Part shown: positions 42,952 through 58,100 of the stretch, in pieces
Position numbering within the stretch: position 1 is the stretch's first letter
How the letters are laid out: every line of letters begins with the position of its first letter
Source of the DNA: the human T2T-CHM13v2.0 reference genome, Homo sapiens
Assembly: GCF_009914755.1 (NCBI RefSeq)
Contig: NC_060928.1
DNA: 64,000 nucleotides
Direction: 5' to 3' (one strand)
Made by a program: the position numbers and the translations under genes
Notes under the pieces: model-generated
Databases searched by the model: none
Told to the model about the DNA's origin: nothing
What the model saw: only the letters and a program-made list of their open reading frames with translations

Positions 42952-43284
<333 letters not shown>

Positions 43285-44265
43285 TTACAAGTGCTGAATC
43301 TTCTCTCTTTCTGTCTATGTATTAATATGTGTTATGTGTGTGGTGTTTATATAAAAAGAGCTCTGATTAATTGGCTTAGAAAAATAAGCACTTAAGTCAA
43401 ATATTTTGTCAGAAAAATAGAAACTTTAATGCCTTTTTGTTCATGTGACTTTAGTAATCTTTTGGAAATAAAGACAGTTTTAAAGATTATTGACAAAATG
43501 AAAATGTCTTCCAAATGTAGACATTTGGTCTAAATTAAGGTCAGATATCAGATTTGCTAAATGCTTTAAGGTCATAAACTGCTTCTTTGACTTTTGAAAA
43601 TTGTTCCATTTACCTCCTTTAGAGCATTAGATTCTAGATGAGGCCTGAGGACATGTGGAGTTAACCATGCCCCCTGGCTATGCTGGAAAGAGACAAACCT
43701 TATCTTCATTTCTGTCTGACATCCTAGGCTCCACACCTACTACATAATTAAAGTAGCTTACTTATCAGGTTTTCCCCAAAAATAAAAGTTGTTAAAAGTT
43801 AACATTGTAACATGCAATTGAGACTACTAAAGAGACAGTTTTACATACAAGGTGCATAAGGAAAGTAGAATGTGTTTTTGGTAAAAGCTTATAAGAAGGC
43901 ATGGGAATGTGGCTTTTGTTAAAATGTAATTTTGTCTAGTTCAGAGGGTTTTAAAGATTGTCTTAACCTAAAAGAGTAATGGGACAAAACTGAAGGTTTA
44001 AGCAAGGTGAAAAGGGTTTGTGAAGGATTGGTCTTGGAAAGAAAGTTTGGTGGATATGAGCAATTTGGCTAAGATTTTAAGGGGATAATTTAATTTTTTT
44101 CCATTGGTTGAACATTAAAGTACAAGCACATTAATGCAGGGCCAGAACCTGGGCCCATGTGTCTGAATAACAGGGTTTTCTTAGAAAATTGTTCTACTGT
44201 TTAACAGAAAAATTGTAAAGGGTTCCAAAAACTTTATGAAAATCTTACCTTATGGTCAAACTAAG

Positions 44266-44602
<337 letters not shown>

Positions 44603-46013
44603 TAATTAAAACTGGATAGGGTTACAAAGTTTTATTTAGAAACTCATTTTAGCATTAAAGATGCATTAAAGCAAACAAAAAATCTGGTTTTTTCTTTCAA
44701 AAAAGATTTTTATGTAATATTAAAAGAAAATGAAAGGTTTTTGTTTGCCCCTTTGGGTAAATGGCAGAGGAAAAAAGGGGAGGAGAGAGAAGAGACACAT
44801 TCAGTTGGCCTCATTCTGTCTTCACTGGGTCTTGTTTGGAAAACTAAGTCTCTTCTATCAGAGTAAAGGTTTTTGCCTTTTAAAAAAATTTTTTTGAGTT
44901 ACCACTTTGGATAAATGAATAACCTGTTATTCTATTTTGTGATATTCAGTGTTTTAAACCTTTGATAGTTGACAGATTTTCTAAAATCAAATTATATAGT
45001 ATGTCATTTTCTGACCTAATTAATCCTTTAGACATTAGGTCCCCAGAAGTTCAAAAATGATATGTTTGGCTTATTTGGTATAAAAATTATACAGGAAGCA
45101 TTGTCAAATATGAAATGGTGCTTGGCTTTCTTTGGGCTGTATTTGTATAAATATGTTATTAGAACGTGTTCCAAAATTATGGGAAACTTCAATAATTTTG
45201 ATATGATTTAGTGTACGTTATTAACAGCTATAGTTATGTAAATTTGTTGTATGTCACAAAAGCAACCAAAATTCCTAGTCAATTGTAGCTTTAATAGTGG
45301 CTGTCCTAAAACTTTTGTCATCCACAGACATTTTGTCTTGCTTTGGTCCTTTTCAAAAGGTGGTTTATAATCAGATATAGGACTCTAAGTGCAGATCTCT
45401 GATAACTTTAAAAATTGTGCTATTGGAATAGTGGAAATAAATGGAATTTCTAGGACTCTCATGGAGAGCTGATGTGTTAAACATTGCTAATCCTCTTGTT
45501 TTCAGACTCAAGAGAACTTATTTCTTTTGACCTATTTGCAACTTTTAACAAGTAAGTAAAGTGTACTCCTGGGAACAACATTTGGAGCATATTGCTTTCT
45601 CTCTGTGATTTCTTCAGGATTTAGAAACTTTCTGTGAGTATTCTCAACTTATGGCAGTATGATTATTTGCATAAGTGCAATAAGAATCTGTCTTCTTTAC
45701 TAACAGGACACAATTGGAGAAACTGGTTATTTTAGCAAGGCTTTCACTAAAATGTCATTCATTCTTTAAGGAATCAAAGTGGACTTATAGAGCCAATAAA
45801 AGCCCCTCAGGAAAACTGGCCTCATGCCTTGTCTACACAGTCCCTGTACAGGGTTCCTGACCTGTGATAAGTGAGGAATGTCACTTTCTGATAGGCCCAG
45901 AAGTCCCAGGTTATCTTGGGACCTTAAAGTGAGGAGTTCACAGGCATTTGCAGGCATAGATAAATCTGTAGCTGGGCTTCAAGGCTTTTAGAAAGTACTT
46001 TTTTTTTTTTTTT

Positions 46014-46310
46014 GGTCAGGCATGGTGGCTCATGCATGTAATCCCAGCACTTTGCGAGGCCAAGGTGGGCGAACACCTGAGGTCAGGAGTTCGAGACCAG
46101 CCTGACCAATATGGTGAAACCCCGTCTCTACTAAAAAAAAATACAAAAATTAGCCAGGCTTGGTGGCGGCGCACCTGTAATCCCAGCTACTCAGGAGGCT
46201 GAGACAGGAGAATTGCTTGAAACTGAGAGGCAGAGGTTACAGTGAGCCGAGATCATGCCACTGCACTCCAGCCTGGGTGACAAAGCGAGACTCCGTCTCA
46301 AAAAAAAAAA
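46014..46310 (+). mobile_element. AluS in the ERV interior
   Basis: Alu dimer with TSD aaagtac, preceded by T15. Confidence 0.93.
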
Positions 46311-48571
46311 GTACAACCTCAGATTCCTTATAGAACAAAGTTTCAGCAAAGCCAATATTAAAGAGCCTATGTGAAAAATAATTATTCTTGCTGTACTTTA
46401 TACAAATAATCAGGCCAAGTATAAGACTGAAGTTTAGTTTGCAAATGAATCAATCCTATCATGACTTGCTTTTAATAAAAATGGGGACTGGAGAGAGAAA
46501 AATTGTGCTTAAAAAAAACTATAATATACATTCTTAGCTGTTCTTGGGTTGTTTTTTGTTTGTTTGTTTGTTTTTTCCCTGCAGTTTGGAATAAATCCTA
46601 AATTCTTTGTGGACTACAAGTCCCCAAACTAATGTTTTCAAATCTTTACTTTAAAACTGGGAATTGCCCTCTTTACCCTCATGCCCATTGTTTATCTTAT
46701 AGTATGCTTTTCCTTTAAATGTGGTGCTAAAACTATAGGTGACAATACTAACGTTTTTGCCATGCAAGCCTTGGAACCACAGCCAGGCCTAAGTGAGTAT
46801 GCTCAGACAGTGGCAAAGACATTCCACTCCTCTTACCTTGGGGTCAACGCCTACCACCACTATGCCCCTGATCAGCAGGAAGAAGTTAGGGTGGTCTCTG
46901 CCTGTTTCTCATCTTGTTTAGCCAACATCTTGAGATTAAAGTGTTATAAAACCCACAGGGAGGGATTGAAACGGCCATTGCAAAATTATAACTTAGCGAA
47001 TGAGATCTAACCTAACCAACTCCATCTTGCTTCTAATCTCCAAGCTGTCCTTGTTCATTCCTGGGCATAGGCGGAACTAACTTTGGGAGGAACTTAGTTT
47101 ATAGTTTAAAACAAAGATGGTAACAGCCCTTTCCCAAAACAAACCCCCTTCTTGCCTGGGGATTAGACTACCTTTGTAGAACTAACAAATTTAGCCACAA
47201 GATTAGAAGTTATTGTTTAGGAGTCACACAACTGGAGGATACAAGACTCTGACCCTCCCTAAACTGCTCCTAAGATCAGTGCTTGAGGTATTTTGCAGAC
47301 CCTGCACTTGATGGATCAGCTGGCACCACCCAGATTGATAAACTGGCTCATGTGATCTTGTGGCCCCCAACCAGGAACTGACTCCGTGCAAGAGGACAGC
47401 TTCGACTTCCTGTTATTTCATTTCTGACCTGACCAATCAGCACTCCCAGTTCACTAGCTTCCTGTCACACACCAAGTTGTCCTTAAAAACTCCTGTCCTC
47501 GAACGCTCAGGGAGACGGATTTGAGTAATAATAAAACTCAAATCCGTAATAATACCGTCTCCCCCCAAAAAAGTAAATAAATAAATAAAAAACATGTTAG
47601 TGGTCATCCAACATGAGGAGAAAAAGAGAGAAAAGCAGTGCCTGAAGACAGAAACAAATCATGATTAATGATTTGGCAGCAAAAGAGGAGGAGCCTATCA
47701 AGGAAAATAATAAAATTGTCCAGGGCTTATAGGCATATGTGGTTAGAATTAGAATAAATAATGTCAGGGAAGCCAAGAGCAGAAAGGATAGAGTTCTGAA
47801 AAGTGTTTGTTCAACAATCAGAAATAAAGAGAGATTTGGTAAGATAAAGATTGACAAGACTCCAGTGAATTTGGCAATTTTAATACATTATTTCAGTAAA
47901 GATCGTTTCAGTCTTTAGGTGGGGAAAAGGCAAAAGGCAAATGGCAGTGGGTTGAGCAGTAGGAGGGACACTTCATTTTCTAAGACAGGAGAAAAGAAAG
48001 TAAAGATGAGTGCAGATGTTTATCACAATGGAAATATGCAAATGCAGGCACATGGAAATAATACAACAGCAGGATACCTAAGCTCAAGTGAAATAATTAC
48101 AAGGAAGAACAATGCTTAAGAGATTTCCCAAACATCATCTTACACAATTGGACTAGCCATTGATGTCTAGGAAATGTCTGGTATACCAACTTCAAATGCA
48201 GCTATAAGTAAAACATTAATTTACTTTCTACTGTCATTAGTACAAAGTGCTGCAGTGATGGTCTCACAAGAATTTGAATATTGGGTAAATAAGATTGTCC
48301 TTAAAGAGGTAAACTATGTGTTTACATATAGTCAATTTATAGGTCAAGTCACTCGAAAGACAGACTTCTTGCCAAGACAAGTAAGCAACAGTTGACTATT
48401 CCTTATTAACTATATTAATATAGCTGATGAATGAATGTATCCAGAAAAAGGAAAGGGAGATATTGATTGGCTACGGAAGTAGACTAAAAGAGGAATCACC
48501 CAGGTAAGCCCATCTAAGCACTGGGTGTGTACATTTGTCTTGCTGGCAAGGCTATTCCTGTTGAGAGAACT

Positions 48572-48604
48572 ATGTAAGTCAGGTTTCTCCAGAAACAAAA
48601 GCAA

Positions 48605-48648
<44 letters not shown>

Positions 48649-48875
48649 TGTGTCTGTGTCAAGAAAGAGAAAGATTTATTGTGAGGCATTGGCCTACACA
48701 GTTGTGGGGGTTATAACTTCCAAAATCTTCAGGGTAGGCAAGCAGGCTAGAGACTCAGGGAAGACTGGCAAGGAAGAATTGGAGTCCAAAGGGCGTCTGC
48801 TGCCAGAATTCTCTCTTCTATGAGGTACCTCTGTCTTTTTCTCTTAAAGCCTGCAACTGATTGGAGTAGACTACC
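48572..48875 (-). mobile_element. MLT2-like LTR fragment containing (TG)n
   Basis: tcaggtttctccagaaacaaaagcaatagg(tg)n...gatttattgtgaggcattggcctacacagttgtgggg. Confidence 0.7.
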
Positions 48876-50142
48876 ACCGATGTCCCCTTAAAGCCCAAGG
48901 GTTACCTTCGGTTAACTTATGATGAATGCTACCTGGCCTGAGACTCACCCTCCAGGTCAGTGGGCTCCCCTCTGGCCCAGGGAAGGTCCAGAAATGCTGT
49001 CCAGCAGCCTAGGCCTAGATGCGGGGACCCCAAAAGCCTGCTTTTTACTCTACTCCTTTGTGGTTGAGCTGGTATCTAGGGTGCAAGACAAAGTCCACTT
49101 TACTTTTCCTTCTGCTTTTCTCAAACAGAATGAGTCTTTCACTGCAGCCACCACAGCTGGGAATGTGCTGGGTCACCACTAAAGTCAGCATGTCTCACAG
49201 CCCAACACACATGGCATACTCCCTAGTTATCACCGCTGGTTATTCAGGGTGCAAGGGCTCTTTAGTCAGCGGGAGATGAATGCCGCCAGGACTGGGTCTT
49301 TCTTTTCAAGGCCTAAGGTTCCCTTCTGGCCCAGGATCTCATCTAGCAACGTCATCCAGGAGCTAGGGCTTGGAAAGGGGGCCTCACAACTCTGCTCAGT
49401 GCCCTATTTTGCTATGACTGAGCTGATGTCCAACATGCAAGACAAAGTCCTCTTTACTTTTCTTTCTCCTCTCCTCAAGCAGAAGAAAGGACTTACTTTC
49501 TTTGCTGAGAACTGTGCTACCTGGGGTTGGGGGAGGAGAGATGCAAGCACTCCGTTAGTCACCCTGGCTGGTGTCCCAGTAGGTTGTATGCCCTCCAGGT
49601 CTGCCAGCTCCAAGCCCAGCTCAGCACTATGATCTGCTTAGGAACTGCAGTCCCAATGACCCAGACTGCCCTTCACGTTTATTTAGAGTCCCAGAGCACT
49701 TTTGCCAACAGTGGCAGGGCTTGCTGGAACTCAGGTTCTGACTGCTGGGATGGGCAATTCCCCTCTGGCTAGGGCTGGTCTAAATGTCCCCTCTGTAGGT
49801 AGGCTTCAGCTGAGTTCAGCCCAGTTTTGCCTTCTACTGTAACAGGGCAACACTGAATTCAATGTGCTCTCCCTCCCTCAAGAGCACAGATTCTCTCTCC
49901 TTGCCATGAAGCTACTGCCAGGGGACTGGGGAGGGGTGATATCAGTGATTCGAGACTGTTTTTCCTACCCCCTTCAGTGCCTCTTTCAGCGATATGAAGG
50001 TAAAACTAGGTATTGGTTACTCACCTGATTTTTGTTTTTTATGAAAGTGTTTTTTTGTGTCAATAGTTGTCAAAGTTGGTGTTCCTGTTGGGAAAATGAT
50101 CAGTAGAGGATTCTATTCAGCCATTTTGCTTCATCCCTCCCT
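48876..50142 (-). mobile_element. L1 5'UTR fragment (L1M1/L1PB/L1MA type)
   Basis: Internally repeated gcaagacaaagtcc...tttactttt motif; ends ttctattcagccattttgct, the reverse of an L1 start. Confidence 0.75.
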
Positions 50143-50269
50143 CTAGATTTGTTTGAGCTGTCCTCATGGTTTCATTAAGGTTATGTATTTTTGGCAGAAA
50201 TACTATATAAGTGTCATGTTGTTCTTAGCAGTATTTCTCATCAGGAGGCACTTGATGACTATTTGTCAC

Positions 50270-51060
50270 TGTGATATTATAAAGTATATGCTTTATTTGA
50301 TCTCCAACCCATACAACTAAAATCCTTAGAATCCCCAAAGTCTTTTTGTATGCTAATAATTGACTGATGGTTGGCAGCTTCTAGGTAGCTTCAGGATGGG
50401 GGCTAGTCACTGCAAAAACTAAGGCAGGATTAGGAGGTTGAGACTTTCACCTCTGAGGAGGGTAGAGGAAAGTTAAGTTGATCATTAATGGCTAATGATT
50501 TAACCAATAGTGCCTATATTATGAAGCTCCCATAAAAACCCAAAAGGACGGGGTTCAGAGAGCTTTCAGGTAGCCAAAACCATAGAGGCTCCTGGAGGAT
50601 GGCTCACCTGGGGAGGGCATCCACATCCCCTTCCCATGCCTCAGCACATGCATCTCTTCATCTATATCCTTTGTAATATCGTTTATAGTGTACTGGTAAA
50701 TGTAAATGTTTCCCTGAGTTATGTGAGCTGCTCTAGCAAATTAACCAAATCTGAGGAGGCGGTCATGAGACCCCAATTTATAACCAATTGTCAGAAGCAC
50801 AGGTAAAACAACCTAGGACTTGAGACTGACATCTGAAGTGGGGAGTGGGAGGCAGTCTTGGAGACTGAGCCCTCAATCATGGGATCTCCAGGAAGATACT
50901 GTCAGAAATGAATTGAATTGAATTAGAGGATATCCAGCTGGTGTCCGCTACAGAACTCCTTGGTGTGGCAGGGAGAGGGGGAACCCACACATCTGGTCAC
51001 AGAAATATTCTGTGTTGTTGTAGTGTGAAAGCAGAGGAAAACCGTTTGAGTTTTCTCCAC
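50270..51060 (+). mobile_element. MER21-family LTR inserted in an L1ME-like fragment
   Basis: tgtgatattata start, ctaggtagcttcaggatgggggctagtcac, tttccctgagttatgtgagctgctctagcaaatt. Confidence 0.8.
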
Positions 51061-52231
51061 TCAGTCCCATTATTGGTGATGTTAACTTTGATCACTCAAT
51101 TAAGGTGCTGTCTGCCAGGTTGCTCCCCTATAAAGTTACTAGTTTTCCTTTTATAATTAATTGGTAATTTGTGACTGGATAAGTTGAGACCATGTAAGTT
51201 TCCTGTTGTGTATGGGATAGTTTAGCATCCAATTGATTACCTGAATCAGTTGTCACCTAATAATAGACTTTTTACTTTCCATTGCAGAGAAATAATTAAA
51301 AGAGGCAATAGTCAGAGACTCCTTGAATTCATGGTATTTCATCTGTCTCTGATAGACAGCTGAGCTGAGAACTCTAGGAACCATTCCCTGCAGACCAAAA
51401 ATGAGAATTATGCTGGAGATTTTAAAGGAAGCAAACATTTCAAATTTGGAAGAACCTGCTGCTACTATGGGCTATTTGGCCATTAGTGAGAAGAGGTTCA
51501 CACACTAGTTGAAATCAATTGTTCAAATAGCTGAACTCTACCTGAAAAAAAAACTCACATACGCCTCTGGCTAAAGAATATTCCTGAGGCAAATCAAAAA
51601 GAACAGAAGACATACTAAGATCAAGTATTAGCTTAAGATGCTCTGACCCTTAACATCTATCAAAAAAGAAAAACAAGGTGACCACAGATCTAGGGCCAGT
51701 ATGATTCTGACCTAGATTGAGGAGCGGCCCATCTGTGGTTTGTGCTCAGAGAGAAAAAGGGGATGTCTGCAAGGGACTAAAGATTCTATTGGTTCTAGCA
51801 GCAGTGGGACCCAAAATTCATCTCAGGCTGCAAGAATCTACTTTTGCAAATAGTGTTGGATGTTCTTCACCTTTTCCCTCCATGAGATGGGCAGCAAATT
51901 GCCTACTTACAGGGCTCCTTCAAGTCATACCACTGTGTTAGGCACAGCATGGTGCTGGAAAACAAAAAACAGATAACACAAATAAGAAGACTGTAAGAAA
52001 TTTTAGGGATAATTAGTACTTGTCGTTTTCAAGAATTTTTGTAATTTCTTAAATTCCCCTTTGCTTATTATAAGGTTTAAATTGTTTTGGTTTTGGTCTG
52101 CAGTTAATTAAGCATTCCTATGAGTTGGAGGCAGTACTGAACAAAAAGGTAAAGATATTTCAGGTATAGATTATAGACTTTAATGAAAGGGCAGCCTCAC
52201 ATGTGCTCAGGAAAGCTGAAGTAAGCATGGA

Positions 52232-52531
52232 TTTGTTTATTTATTTCTTTATATCTTTAACAGGGTTTTGTTCTGTGGCCCAAGCTGGAGTGCAGTGTTC
52301 TGATCATGGCTCGCTGCAGCCTCAACTTCCTGGGCTCAAGTGATCCTCCCACCTCACCACCCAAGTAGCTGGGACTACAGGCATGTGTGCCACCAGGCCC
52401 AGGTAATTTTTTTTATTTTTTGTAAAGATGGGGTCTCACTATGTTGCCCAAGCTGGTCTTGAACTCCTCAAGCAATCCACCTTAGCCTCTCAAAGTGCTG
52501 GGATTACAGGCATGAGTCACTGTGCCTGGCC
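52232..52531 (-). mobile_element. AluJ
   Basis: AluJ dimer with TSD aagcatggattt / aagtatggattt. Confidence 0.92.
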
Positions 52532-54896
52532 CAAGTATGGATTTTTTTGCATTGATCTTTTGGAGCACACCTGTAAAATCAATTCAAAATTCAGTGTAAA
52601 TGATTATCATATTTAAAAACAACTTGTGGAATAAGAGAGAATTACATCCACTGTGTGCTTAATGTATAATCTGGCCCTATCTAATCCTTAGAAGAATCAT
52701 GTAATTTTTTATTTATGGAAGAGAAAACTAAAGTTCAAAAAAATGCTATGAACATGTGATGTGTCAGTTACAGGGCTACTGTAAAAGCCCAGATCTGATT
52801 TCAGAATCCTTTTCACAGTGCTATAGTGCTTACATGTTACTTTCATACTAAGAAGTATTTGAGAGTAACAAAAGAAAAGAAAATGAGAAAAAGATGATTT
52901 GTAAGGTAATAAAGAGATGCTAGTTGTACATCATTCGAATTTGAGTTTGGGTTATAAAAATCTTTGGTCCATGGAAAAAATTGTAAGTCCTTTGTTGCTA
53001 TTATCTTTGCTTACTGTACAATAAATAAACACCAGGAAGAAAAATATTTCCATAGAGTTTGCTTATGAATTGCTCTTCTAGTCTTATTTTAAAAATTATT
53101 TTTCTGAGCCTTTGAACTGATTGAATTCTGGAGGAATTTATTCTATTCCTTAGAATTAAATCTTCAGATTCTTACAACACAAGTCCTTTGGTCTATGCTG
53201 AGTCAGTAAATTCTGTCTCCCAGGCAACTTTGTGTAAATCAAAGCTGAAGGTCAGACCAAAATTAATGCATTACATTAAAGTAAAATAGGATTGCTTTGT
53301 ATTTCAATTTGTTCTATTTGGTTTTCAGTGTTTAAACGCCCCTATTGCCATTGTTGGTTATTCTCAATAGTTTGACTCTGTTGTTATTCAAAATCTAAAG
53401 AATTTTATGAAAGAAAAATTAAATTTTAAAAAGTTAAATAGTAGTTAAGCAAAATAATCAATCAAGTAATAAACCTGCATCTTCATAAGTAATGAGTGAT
53501 TAAAATCTAAATAATGAGAAAATATTGCTCACTTATCAAGTGAGTAGATTTAGAAAATAGTATCCAGGACTGGTCATCAGGTGCAGAGAAATATTTCCTG
53601 TTTTGGCTCCACATTCCTATAATCCTACACACCCCTAGTTCAGGCCCTCATTATCCCCTGCCTGGACAATCTCAGCAACACACTTCTAACTTGTCTGCCT
53701 GATTACAGTATTGTATTTTTTAAATCCCATCTTCACACTGCAGCCTGAGATATACAGTATACCTGAAATATAATTCTAGCCATTTTACTGCTTCTGTTTC
53801 TCAGTCTCTCAGTTTCCAGGGTGGAATAGTTAATAATGTATCTGTAAAGAAATAGCTAAATGCATGGTTGCAGTTCAATTTTGCCATGGTTAGTACAGAC
53901 AATACAAATCTCACTAAGTCCAAGATTTGTCGCTCTGACAGCCACAGGAAGCCAAATTAGAATTACAATGTTGCTTAATAAGCATGGAATTAGAATAGGA
54001 ACATAAGTTATAGAATTCAAATGGCTAATGGAATCAGGTTAAAGAAGCTTGGCGCTCTCACCTCACCAGGACACTTTCATCAGCCTGATCATTCTCTGCC
54101 CTGACAATGCTTGAGTGGGTATTAGCAACTTTTCATTTTGGGTTTCCATTTTCTCTACTCCAGATAGAATTTACCTTTTTGTTTATACAGTCTCTCCAAA
54201 TAAGGCATAATACCACTGCTTAGGGTTTTACTTATTAAATGTTAATCATATTCTAGACCTGCCTCTTGAGACTGCGGCCAGGTTATTTTGATTGGAGTTT
54301 TGGAGTATTCTCAAATTCTTTAGCTCTGCAATTCTACAAAGTCTCCAAGTCGATTCCTACAAGGTCACAAATTTATGCAAATAGTGCTTTGCATAGAGTA
54401 GGTACTCAACTATTGCTTAGGTATGGGGATAACCTAACGGGATAACTATTGCTTAGGTCTGGGGATGACTTAGACGACACTGTTCCCGGTTTTTTGTTTT
54501 TAAGCCACTAAGAGTAGCTTTCTCAGAAGGCAATCTTATTTTTCTTATTGATAATTTCTTGATTTGCCTCTCACTGTTGACACTATTACCAAAAACAGAC
54601 CATTTGGGAGGCTAGCTAAAAATTTTAAGTAGTCATTTTGTATTATAATAACTTCTCAATTTTATTTGGCTTTTTAAAAAATGTAGCAGTGAGGATGACC
54701 CTAAGTAGATAATTTTAGTTAACTTGTAGAATAATAACCCTTAATTTAAGTCAAAATGTTTGAGTTAGGGGTGTAGAGTTTGAAAGTTTTCATTAAATTG
54801 TATGCTACATTCATACACTCATTGCATTCTTCCACTGCCTGATAGTGTTCTGAGCCCTGTGTTCTAAGCAGCAATTGTTAAGAAATCCTTGTACTG

Positions 54897-55200
54897 GGCC
54901 AGGCGCGGTGGCTCACGCCTGTAATCCCAGGCCGTGGGAGGCTGAGGCAGGTGGATCATGAGGTCAGGAGATCGAGACCATCCTAGCCAACATGGTGAAA
55001 CCCTGTCTCTACTAAAAATACAAAAATTAGCTGGGTGGGGTGGTGTGCACCTGTAGTCCCAGCTACTAAGAAGGCTGAAGCAGGAGAATCCTTGAACCCA
55101 GGAGGCAGAGGTTGCAGTGAGCTGAGATCATGCCACTGTACTCCAGCCTGGGTGACAGAGCAAGACTCCAACTCAAAAAAAAAAAAAAGAAAGAAAGAAA
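54897..55200 (+). mobile_element. AluS (Sc-like)
   Basis: Alu dimer with TSD aagaaatccttgtac. Confidence 0.94.
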
Positions 55201-55902
55201 TCCTTGTACCATTTTGTATTTGAGGAAATGGCTAACTACAAAATACAACCTTGGCCTCACATGTTTGAAGCTGTCTCCATCCTTCCTCATAACTCTCATA
55301 TGGCTCCTTTGTTTATCTGCATCTATAAAACCCCAAGCCTCTCCCTGTTCTTTGAGATGCTTTAATGTTTTTCATTAATGAATGTTTTCCCTATTGCAAT
55401 TGCCCAAATAAAATCATCCCCTTAATTGTCCAGCATTCCTTGTCACAAACCAAATCATAATGCTCAATGCCACTTTAACACAAAGTTGATGGGTTAAGTG
55501 AGTTAATACATGAGTGTATAGCACTTCGAATGGTGTCAGACACCTATTATATGTTCAACAATGTGTTATCCATAATACCTAAATTATCTATAGGTACATA
55601 GGTATATATTATACATATATTAATTATATATAATTATAATAATTATTTTTAATTGTTATTAACTCCTAATCAGGAAAGACAGTTCAGAGAAATCTACTCA
55701 TCCGTATATTTTATTTCCAGTGTTGCAATCTGAACTAAATTGACCACAGGAGGAGCAAGAAAAGGTCAAATGAGTAACTGGGAGAACAAGGGTAGGAAAA
55801 GGAAAAATATATGGTTGATTTTCTCCTATATTCCCAATGCTACTTCCAGATAATAGAGCCAGCACCCTCCCTTCCAATCTCATCATTTGAAATGTATATC
55901 TT

Positions 55903-56233
<331 letters not shown>

Positions 56234-56757
56234 TCAGTCCAAATCTCTTCTCCCACTTCAAAGCATTATAGTTCTCCTCTAGCAAAATCTTCTTCCTTCT
56301 CCTTTGATACCTTCATCCTTCAACAGCATATTCTTTCTGTACACCAGTATCTTCTACATACTGAGGGAATTTCACAGCTCCAGTTTCTTTAGTTCATATT
56401 TCTTTCCTTCCTTGACTCTGTAGACCTTCATCCCCATTCCACTAGCCAAGCTCCTGCAGAGCCTTTACTTTGTTTTTCTCTTCACAATAACTGACCCCTG
56501 AATTCTTTAAATCAGAAATCCTTTAAGAAATTATCCTTTAAGATAATTTATTTTGTACATGCCACATTTCCTGCTTTTACCTCACAAAGATTAACTAGGT
56601 AGTCACCTTCATCATGACTTTAAGTTACCAAACCATTCCCTCTTTCTCAGGCTAACCTTTACCTCCTTGCCTCCCAACACCCTCTTCAAATTCCAGTGTA
56701 TTTGTGATGTGTTCAGCTTCAGAGAAGAGAAACCATAACGAAAAGAGGCTTAAACCA

Positions 56758-56852
56758 GGCTAGTCTGATGGTAGTGGGTTATCAGAATTTATTAACACTG
56801 TTGTCACTAAAGTTGGTATATAACCCCCCATTGCTAAATTGGACTGGATTTT
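56758..56852 (+). pseudogene. Full-length Y4 RNA (RNY4) processed pseudogene
   Basis: ggctagtctgatggtagtgggttatcagaatttattaacactgttgtcactaaagttggtatataacccccc... matches hY4. A-rich tail and degenerate TSD aaaagaggcttaaacca / aaaagtggctcaaatca. Confidence 0.92.
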
Positions 56853-57104
56853 AAGAAGAAAAAATAAATAAGTAAAAATTTTTAAAAAGTGGCTCAAATC
56901 AAAATTCTCTGAGAATAGGAAATGGTTAAAAGTAAGCTGAGATATTTATCATTTAGTCTTGGGTAGTCGCTTGAGGCACAGATTGTCTCCAGTTCTAAGC
57001 AGCTTTGTCTAGCTACCCACATGTAGCATATGAGTATGTGTGGTGAGACACGGAAAAGGGTCGGAAGCACTGGCCTAAAGAAATAGGAGTTTACTGGCTC
57101 ATTT

Positions 57105-57729
57105 TATTCCCAGACCAAACCGAGGGTCGGGCTGCTTATTCTCATGGCCCAATAACAAGATGCAGATGAACTGGGAGAGAAGAGAGTTTATATCTGTAAC
57201 TGGTTACAGGGAGAAGGCCTGGAAATTGTCACCGACCAAATCAAAATTACAAAGTTTTCCAGAGCTTATATATATTCATCTAAAGACAAAAGTGATTAAC
57301 TTCTTATAATCTATAACTAAGATGTGAATCCTAAAGACCTTCCTCTGGAGCCTCAGTAAATTTACTTAATCTAAATGGGTCTAGATCCTGGGGTGATTAT
57401 CCTTATTTTGTCTACTGCTAAGCCATGGAGGTTTGGGGAGTTCCTTTAGTCCCCAGTAAACTTGTTTGTGGAAGTCTGGGGAGTTTCTTCAGGCCCCCAA
57501 TAAAACTTGTTTAATCCTAAATGGGTCCCATTAAGAAATTCCTTCATTACCTTACCATGCTTTAAGGCCCAGAAAAGGCCTAGGCAAAACTCTTAGTGGG
57601 CTTTTGTTACATTCCAGCCTTTGTATAAGGGCACTGGCTCTATCAGCTTTTAATATTTAACTTAACCACTCAGTTAGTACTGAAACAGTTGTTATGAAGG
57701 CCTGTGTTAGTGAGACCTGGCCTGCCACA
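57105..57729 (-). mobile_element. Solo ERV1 LTR (MER39-like; subfamily uncertain)
   Basis: Reverse strand starts tgtggcaggccaggtctcactaacacaggcc. LTR-sized, with an internal repeat ccccagtaaacttgttt / ccccaataaaacttgttt. Confidence 0.7.
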
Positions 57730-58100
57730 AGGTGACACAAATCCCAGGGTAGAAGTTCTGGGCTGATACTTACAATGCCATTGGGCACCCATGCACTCTC
57801 TACCTTTTTGGTCTGCCATCCTTACCATACTGTCATTTTTCTTTTACTCTTTGCCTCATGGTACCAAATGACATCAGTGCCTCTAGGCCTCAAAACCACA
57901 AACCAGGCAAAAAGAAGAGAGGGAAAGTAATGGCACCAAATCACATTTGCTTATAATCCATTGGCTAGAAACATATCACATGGCCACCATAGTTTCAAGA
58001 AAGGGTGAGCAATTGAGTCTTTAGGTTTTACAGACACCCTAATAAAGTAAAGAAAAAGGCAGGTGGGAAATGGAGGGAGTGGAGTGGGCATTATGGGAGC

